Positions 56,441-60,950 of a stretch of DNA of 60,950 nucleotides are shown piece after piece (the first letter of the stretch is position 1; each line of letters starts with the position of its first letter). Made by a program: the position numbers and the translations under genes. Source of the DNA: Dehalococcoidia bacterium (GTDB lineage: Bacteria > Chloroflexota > Dehalococcoidia > DSTF01 > JACRBR01); contig DATECV010000205.1 in the NCBI GenBank assembly GCA_035286725.1, positions 1 to 60,950 on the forward strand, given 5' to 3'. The notes beneath the pieces were generated by a model. That model was not told the origin of the DNA and did no database searches. It saw nothing but the letters and a program-made list of their open reading frames with translations.

Positions 56441-57340
56441 TTGCCTCGGAAGGAGGCGCCGGGTTACCGCGCCGCTGAGCGCCGCCAGACGGCCCGCGGC
56501 CGACGCACGATGCAACCGGCCCGCGCAACACGGATGGCCGCACGACACCGCAGCATCCTCGACACCATTGGCAACGCATCGCCCGCCCGCCGTCCCCAGA
56601 TCGGCCTCACGATGTGGTTGCTGGGGGCCGCCCTGCTCGCGCTCACAGCGGCGCTGGTCATCGTCGGGCCCAGCGTTATGTCGAGACCGATGTCCACCGC
56701 GCTCGAGCTTGCCGCCATGGCCCTCGGCGTCGCATACGGCCTCCTCGTCGCCGTACACTCCCGCCACGGACACCTCAAGACCGAGCGCGCCTACTCCACC
56801 CATCTCGAGGAGCTGAGCCAGCGCCTCCGCACCATGGCCTACCGCGACGTCCTCACCGGCCTGTACAACCACCGCTACTTTCACGAGCAGCTCACGCACG
56901 AGATAGACCGTTCCATTCGGTATGGCCAACGGCTCACTGTCCTCCTGTTCGACATGGACAACTTCAAGACGATCAACGACACCTACGGTCACCTCGTCGG
57001 CGACAAGTTCCTCAGTCTCGTCGGGCAGATCGTCGCCAAGCAGATCCGCAGCAGTGACATTGGTGCCCGCTACGGCGGCGACGAGTTCGCCATTATCCTG
57101 CCCAACACGAACGCCGAAGAGGCTCGCACCACCGCCGCCAAGCTGGAAGAAGCGGTTGCTCGCTCCGCCGCCATGACGCCGGGCGAGGAGTCCGTCCGGC
57201 TCGGCATCTCCATCGGCTACGCCTGCTGCCCCGACGACTCGCGCCTCCCCGGTGAGCTCATCGAGGCCGCGGATCGCCGCCTCTACGAGATCAAGATGGC
57301 GCGCCGCAGCGGCGCCAGGCGCCTGCGTGAAACGGCGTAG
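56441..57340 (+). CDS. Membrane-anchored GGDEF diguanylate cyclase
   Basis: Two N-terminal TM segments followed by GGDEF-domain motifs (DMDNFKTINDTYGH, RYGGDEFAIILP). The start is uncertain (56441, 56510 or 56609). Confidence 0.85.
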   Translation: MPRKEAPGYRAAERRQTARGRRTMQPARATRMAARHRSILDTIGNASPARRPQIGLTMWLLGAALLALTAALVIVGPSVMSRPMSTALELAAMALGVAYGLLVAVHSRHGHLKTERAYSTHLEELSQRLRTMAYRDVLTGLYNHRYFHEQLTHEIDRSIRYGQRLTVLLFDMDNFKTINDTYGHLVGDKFLSLVGQIVAKQIRSSDIGARYGGDEFAIILPNTNAEEARTTAAKLEEAVARSAAMTPGEESVRLGISIGYACCPDDSRLPGELIEAADRRLYEIKMARRSGARRLRETA

Positions 57341-57432
57341 CGCGCTATGTACACAAATGCACGGATGTTAGACTGCCGTTATCCACTTCCCACGGCGGCA
57401 GCCCCCTGTCCCCGCTGAAGGAGCGCCTCGCT

Positions 57433-58758
57433 ATGTCCATCAAGGCCGTCCAGGCCGCTGTCTTCGGACTGCTCACCGTTGCCGTCGTCGTTCTCGTCTT
57501 CGCGGTCGGTTACGTCGTTGGTGACAGCGGCGAGAGCGCCGGCGCCAATGGCGCCCCGGATCCCGGCGTGGAAGTCAGTGATGGCGCGGAACCCCAGGAT
57601 GCCGACTTCGCCAACCTCAACGAGATCTTCGACATCCTCGAGGACAAGTACGTCGATCCCGATCTGGTTGACCGCCAGACGCAGTACCAGCAGGCCATCA
57701 ACGGCATGCTGGACACCTTCCCCGACAGCGGCACCTTTTACGTCGATCCCCAGACCGTGGCTACCAGCATCGGCACCTCCGGCAAGTTCGAGGGTATCGG
57801 CGCCACCGTCGCCTCCCAGAACGGCGATATCGTGATCGTCGCTCCCATCGAGGACACGCCGGCGGAGCGCGCGGGCATCCTCCCGGGCGATGTCATCCTC
57901 GAGGTCGACGGCGAGACGACGGAAGGCTGGAGCCAGGAGAAGGCCGTGCTGAAGATCCGCGGCCCCGCCGGCACCAGGGTCACGCTGAAGGTCCGCCACG
58001 CCGAATCCGGCGAGGAGGAGACGCTGGAGATCGAGCGCGACGAGATCAAGGTCAAGAGCGTCACCACCGAGCCCCCCGGTGGCGCCCTGAAAGACGGTTC
58101 CGGGGCCGACATCACGGACCTCGCGTACATCTATCTCCGAGAGTTCACCGAGCCCTCCAAGGAAGAGATGCGGCAGGCCCTCCGTGACGCGGTCGAGAGC
58201 GGGAAGAAAGGCATCATCCTCGATCTCCGCAACAATCCCGGAGGCTTGCTGCGCACGACGATCGACATCGCCGACGAGTTCCTCGATGGCGACAAGATCA
58301 TCCTCACAGAGCGTGACGGCGACGGTTCCGAGGAGGTGTACAAGTCCAAGGACGGCGGCATCGCGCTCGACATCCCCGTCGTCATCCTCATGAACCGCTT
58401 TAGCGCCAGCGGATCGGAGGTGCTGGCCGCCGCCCTGCAGGACAACGGCCGCGGGCAGCTCGTCGGCGAGAAGTCGTTCGGTAAGGGGACCGTGAACGTC
58501 TCGAGCGATCTCACGGACGGCGGCCAGCTCTACGTCAGCGTCGCCAAGTGGCTCACCCCGAACGGCGTGCAGATCGATGGCGTCGGCATCCGGCCGGATG
58601 TGGCCATCCAGTTCAGCGATGAAGACATCGACCTGCGCCAGGATGTGCAGCTGTGGAAGGCGATCGACGTCCTGCGCGGCACCGACTTCACGCCTCCGCG
58701 TACGCCCGTCGCCGCATCCGAAACTCCCGTGGCAACGCCCACCCGCGCGGGCGGCTGA
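57433..58758 (+). CDS. S41 family C-terminal processing peptidase
   Basis: N-terminal TM anchor, PDZ (GIGATV...GDVILEVDG) and S41 catalytic region (GIILDLRNNPGG, ASGSEVLAAALQDN). Confidence 0.9.
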   Translation: MSIKAVQAAVFGLLTVAVVVLVFAVGYVVGDSGESAGANGAPDPGVEVSDGAEPQDADFANLNEIFDILEDKYVDPDLVDRQTQYQQAINGMLDTFPDSGTFYVDPQTVATSIGTSGKFEGIGATVASQNGDIVIVAPIEDTPAERAGILPGDVILEVDGETTEGWSQEKAVLKIRGPAGTRVTLKVRHAESGEEETLEIERDEIKVKSVTTEPPGGALKDGSGADITDLAYIYLREFTEPSKEEMRQALRDAVESGKKGIILDLRNNPGGLLRTTIDIADEFLDGDKIILTERDGDGSEEVYKSKDGGIALDIPVVILMNRFSASGSEVLAAALQDNGRGQLVGEKSFGKGTVNVSSDLTDGGQLYVSVAKWLTPNGVQIDGVGIRPDVAIQFSDEDIDLRQDVQLWKAIDVLRGTDFTPPRTPVAASETPVATPTRAGG

Positions 58759-58781
58759 TGAGCCCGCTACCCTAGCGCCAC

Positions 58782-59240
58782 ATGGCCGAGATCACACAGG
58801 TCGCATCCAACCGGAAGGCGTTCCACGACTACGAGATCTTCGAGCGCCTCGAGGCCGGCATCAGCCTCACTGGCACCGAGATCAAGTCGATGCGGGCGAA
58901 CGGCGCCAGCATTCGGGAGGCCTATGCCCGCCCGCAGGACGGCGAGATGTGGCTGTATGGCGCGCACGTCGCGGAGTACGCGCCCGGCAGCTATCAGAAC
59001 CACGATCCGGTCCGACCCCGGCGCCTCCTGCTGCACAAGAAACAAATACGCGAATGGGCTCGCGCCATCACCGAGCGCGGCCTCACCGTCGTCCCGCTGA
59101 GCCTCTATCTGAAGGACGGTACGGCGAAGGTAGAGCTTGGCCTCGTCCGCGGCCGCAAACAGTACGACAAGCGTCAGGCCATCGCGAAGCGCGAGGCCGA
59201 TCGCGATATCGCCCGCGCCCTCCGCCACCGCAATCGCTGA
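58782..59240 (+). CDS. smpB: SsrA-binding protein
   Basis: NRKAFHDYEI...GTEIKS...LLLHKKQI...KQYDKRQ, the canonical SmpB pattern. Lies immediately upstream of ssrA. Confidence 0.95.
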   Translation: MAEITQVASNRKAFHDYEIFERLEAGISLTGTEIKSMRANGASIREAYARPQDGEMWLYGAHVAEYAPGSYQNHDPVRPRRLLLHKKQIREWARAITERGLTVVPLSLYLKDGTAKVELGLVRGRKQYDKRQAIAKREADRDIARALRHRNR

Positions 59241-59437
59241 TGGCCCCTCGACCGCCGCTTGGCGATCCGCGCGCAGACGGGTCAGACCGCACGCCACGCG
59301 ACCTTCCGTGCCCCTACTGGTCCGCGACGCCACGTCCGTCCTCCTCGCTGCCGCGCTGACTGCACGCGGCGGAAGCGGTGACAGCGGCGCGTGGCGGCCA
59401 GCGCCTCCGGAAGCCGGACGAGTAATAGCGCTATACT

Positions 59438-59816
59438 GGGGGTGTCAGTCCGGTACTGACCTGCTCGGGGACGAAAGGGCTCGACAGGGATCGACGGATC
59501 TGAGTTGCAGGCGGAGGACGGCTGCACCCTCCTTAATACGCGGCCAAACCATATTTGGCGAATCTGAACTCGCCCTCGCTGCCTAGGCAGTGACGTTCAT
59601 CCCGTTCCAACCCCGGCGGGGCGGGAATGAGCGACGAAAGCCCGGGGTGCTGCACCCGCAACGCCGGTAGCGGGAGCCTAAGACCACCGGCTGGCCTCGT
59701 ACGCACAGGCCCGCAGTGGACGTACGAGGCGAGACCTAACTGTCGGGATAAGCCTGTAGGAGACTCAGGGCGGCGGTTGCCTGGACGGGGAGTTCAACTC
59801 TCCCCCGTCTCCACCA
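59438..59816 (+). ncRNA. ssrA: tmRNA (transfer-messenger RNA)
   Basis: The 5' GGGGGTG pairs with the 3' CGTCTCC-A-CCA, including G3:U. T-arm GGGGAG-TTCAACT-CTCCCC and GGGCTCGACAGGG near the 5' end. The tag ORF ends ...GESELALAA-TAG (stop at 59584-59586). The resume codon is not determined (GGC at 59557 or 59542). Confidence 0.9.
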
Positions 59817-59822
59817 CTAATC

Positions 59823-59868
59823 AACGCCCTCCCGAATCTGAAATAGGGGTTCGGGAGGGCGTTTCGGC
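59823..59868 (+). terminator. Strong hairpin after ssrA (14-bp stem AACGCCCTCCCGAA/TTCGGGAGGGCGTT, then TTCGG)
   Basis: Read directly. The U-tract is poor. Confidence 0.6.
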
Positions 59869-59873
59869 AGCTT

Positions 59874-59895
59874 TGACAGTCACGGTGACAGTCAC
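59874..59895. repeat. Direct repeat TGACAGTCAC-GG-TGACAGTCAC upstream of the orphan ORF
   Basis: Read directly. It overlaps a TTGACA hexamer (59873-59878). Confidence 0.7.
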
Positions 59896-59913
59896 CAAAA
59901 CGAAGGAATCGCT

Positions 59914-60531
59914 TTGGCTAACCGAGATCTTCGCCACGAGCTCATCGCAGACGTCGAACAAATCGAGGACAACGCGCGGCTGTTTCTCGCGGGTCGCAAC
60001 TCCGCCTACCAGGCGGTGGCGATTCAACTGCGGAACCTCTTGCTGAAGGGGCCACGTGGCCTGATGCTTCGAGTGTTCCCTGGCGCAACGCTGCATCCCC
60101 TGTCCGCCGAGCCCGGGCGCGAGGAGGGGGCGGACGGCCTGATAAGGGTCACACTGTTGGGACATGCGGATCTCGTCCTGAGACCTACGCCGCACGTTCA
60201 GCTGCCAGTTCAATACGACGCGGAACCGATTCCGATCTCGCAGTGGATTGGCCAGTGGGTAATCGATTCACAGATCAGGATTGACAAGTTGATCAACGAA
60301 ACCGCCGATCAGGAGGTTGCGCACACCCAGGAAGAACGAACAAGGATGTTGGAACGCCTGAACAGTGCCGGATTCTACTTCGGGATCTCTGATCCAAACG
60401 ACATCGGCAACCGGCGCCCCGACCGCTACATGTACCAGATGATGATCGTCGCGATCGGCGAGTACGTTGCCAAGCGTTGCCGCCAGTTACTGGCCGCGAC
60501 TCCGGTCCCCGACCCTGCTGACTCCAAGTAA
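59914..60531 (+). CDS. Hypothetical protein (205 aa), island cargo
   Basis: TTG start 6 nt after GAAGGA. Lower GC than the genome. No recognisable domain. Confidence 0.5.
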   Translation: MANRDLRHELIADVEQIEDNARLFLAGRNSAYQAVAIQLRNLLLKGPRGLMLRVFPGATLHPLSAEPGREEGADGLIRVTLLGHADLVLRPTPHVQLPVQYDAEPIPISQWIGQWVIDSQIRIDKLINETADQEVAHTQEERTRMLERLNSAGFYFGISDPNDIGNRRPDRYMYQMMIVAIGEYVAKRCRQLLAATPVPDPADSK

Positions 60532-60567
60532 AATTCTCGCTGGGCCCCGTTGGCTCTCGATTTGTTG

Positions 60568-60950
60568 TTACCGCTCGATCGCCACCCCCTGGAACACGCG
60601 ATCCATCGCCTCGGCCGCCGCGCCTTGCATGTCGGGCAGAACGTGCGAGTAGATCCGCAACGTCGTGCTGATGTCGGCGTGGCCCAACATTTCGGACGCG
60701 ACCTTCACCGGCACCCCTTCGGCCATAAGCAATGTCGCCGCGGTGTGCCGCAGGTTGTGGAAGCGCATCGGTGGGAGGCCCGCGCGACCCAGCAGGCGCG
60801 CGAATGACCGCGTGCGTACGTTGTTCCCGTCGAGCGGCCGTCCGCGGCCCGTGGTGAACACAAAGCCATGATCCTCCCACAACGGGCCAGCGGCTAACCG
60901 TTGTTCGAGCTGGCGCGGTCGATGTGCGCGCAGAGATTCCACGGCGATCG
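60568..60950 (-). CDS. Tyrosine-type integrase, C-terminal catalytic part (5' end beyond the window)
   Basis: RFHNLRHTAATLLMAEGVPVKVASEMLGHADISTTLRIYSHV is the H-x-x-R ... Y catalytic signature. The ORF is open to the window edge. Confidence 0.9.
   Translation of the reverse strand, partial: IAVESLRAHRPRQLEQRLAAGPLWEDHGFVFTTGRGRPLDGNNVRTRSFARLLGRAGLPPMRFHNLRHTAATLLMAEGVPVKVASEMLGHADISTTLRIYSHVLPDMQGAAAEAMDRVFQGVAIER

Larger units (their letters stand above)
59817..60950. mobile_element. Start of a putative integrative island at the ssrA 3' end (extends beyond the window)
   Basis: A tyrosine integrase gene lies within 0.8 kb of the tmRNA 3' end. A lower-GC orphan ORF lies between them. ssrA is a classical integration target. 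Confidence 0.5.

Noticed and set aside
59137-59586. 149-aa ORF covering the smpB-ssrA spacer and half of tmRNA
   Set aside because: Only the last 9-14 codons are meaningful, as the tmRNA tag reading frame. The rest is structural RNA or spacer.

Overview
High-GC (about two-thirds G+C by eye), gene-dense bacterial chromosomal window with about 70 protein genes on both strands. Long antisense ORFs in the six-frame track are the usual high-GC artefacts. The taxon cannot be determined without a search. The F420-type enzyme set (2 LLM, 2 PPOX-like), H+-pyrophosphatase, 2-oxoacid:ferredoxin oxidoreductase and a tmRNA tag ending GESELALAA suggest Chloroflexota (Thermomicrobia-like) or Actinomycetota. 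Most of the content is core metabolism and housekeeping: rpoD, dinB, xerC/D-type recombinase, smpB-ssrA, hppA, korAB, a Wzm/Wzt polysaccharide-export locus, a duplicated hot-dog hydratase/SDR operon, an aromatic-ring-cleavage-like cluster with a MarR regulator, and an ABC-F ATPase. RNA genes and elements readable directly from the sequence: tRNA-Asp(GTC) (9627-9703, minus); tmRNA (59438-59816, plus); and a yybP-ykoY (Mn2+) riboswitch with terminator platform (about 54934-55078, minus) in front of a Na/Ca-exchanger-like membrane protein. Main hunt results: (1) A 3.2-kb lower-GC islet lies at the 3' end of tRNA-Asp. It is bounded by a perfect 19-bp direct repeat, has no integrase, and carries a P-loop NTPase plus a SipW/TasA-type secreted-fibre module. 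That module is a TasA/camelysin-like protein, a SipW-type signal peptidase with an internal 333-bp tandem duplication, and an FN3 protein with the same special signal peptide. (2) The Mn2+ riboswitch implies a metal-efflux role for the downstream CaCA-like transporter. (3) A second island begins right after ssrA, with an orphan ORF and a tyrosine integrase truncated by the window end. (4) An HTH-WYL-WCX regulator at the left edge has a repeat/palindrome operator candidate and a divergent 83-aa ORF. (5) There are several dispersed or tandem repeat families, including a CACAGAT-type tandem repeat just 3' of both the WYL regulator and dinB. I see no CRISPR array, no rRNA and no complete known defence system. 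All family calls are motif-level readings of the translations, not database hits.
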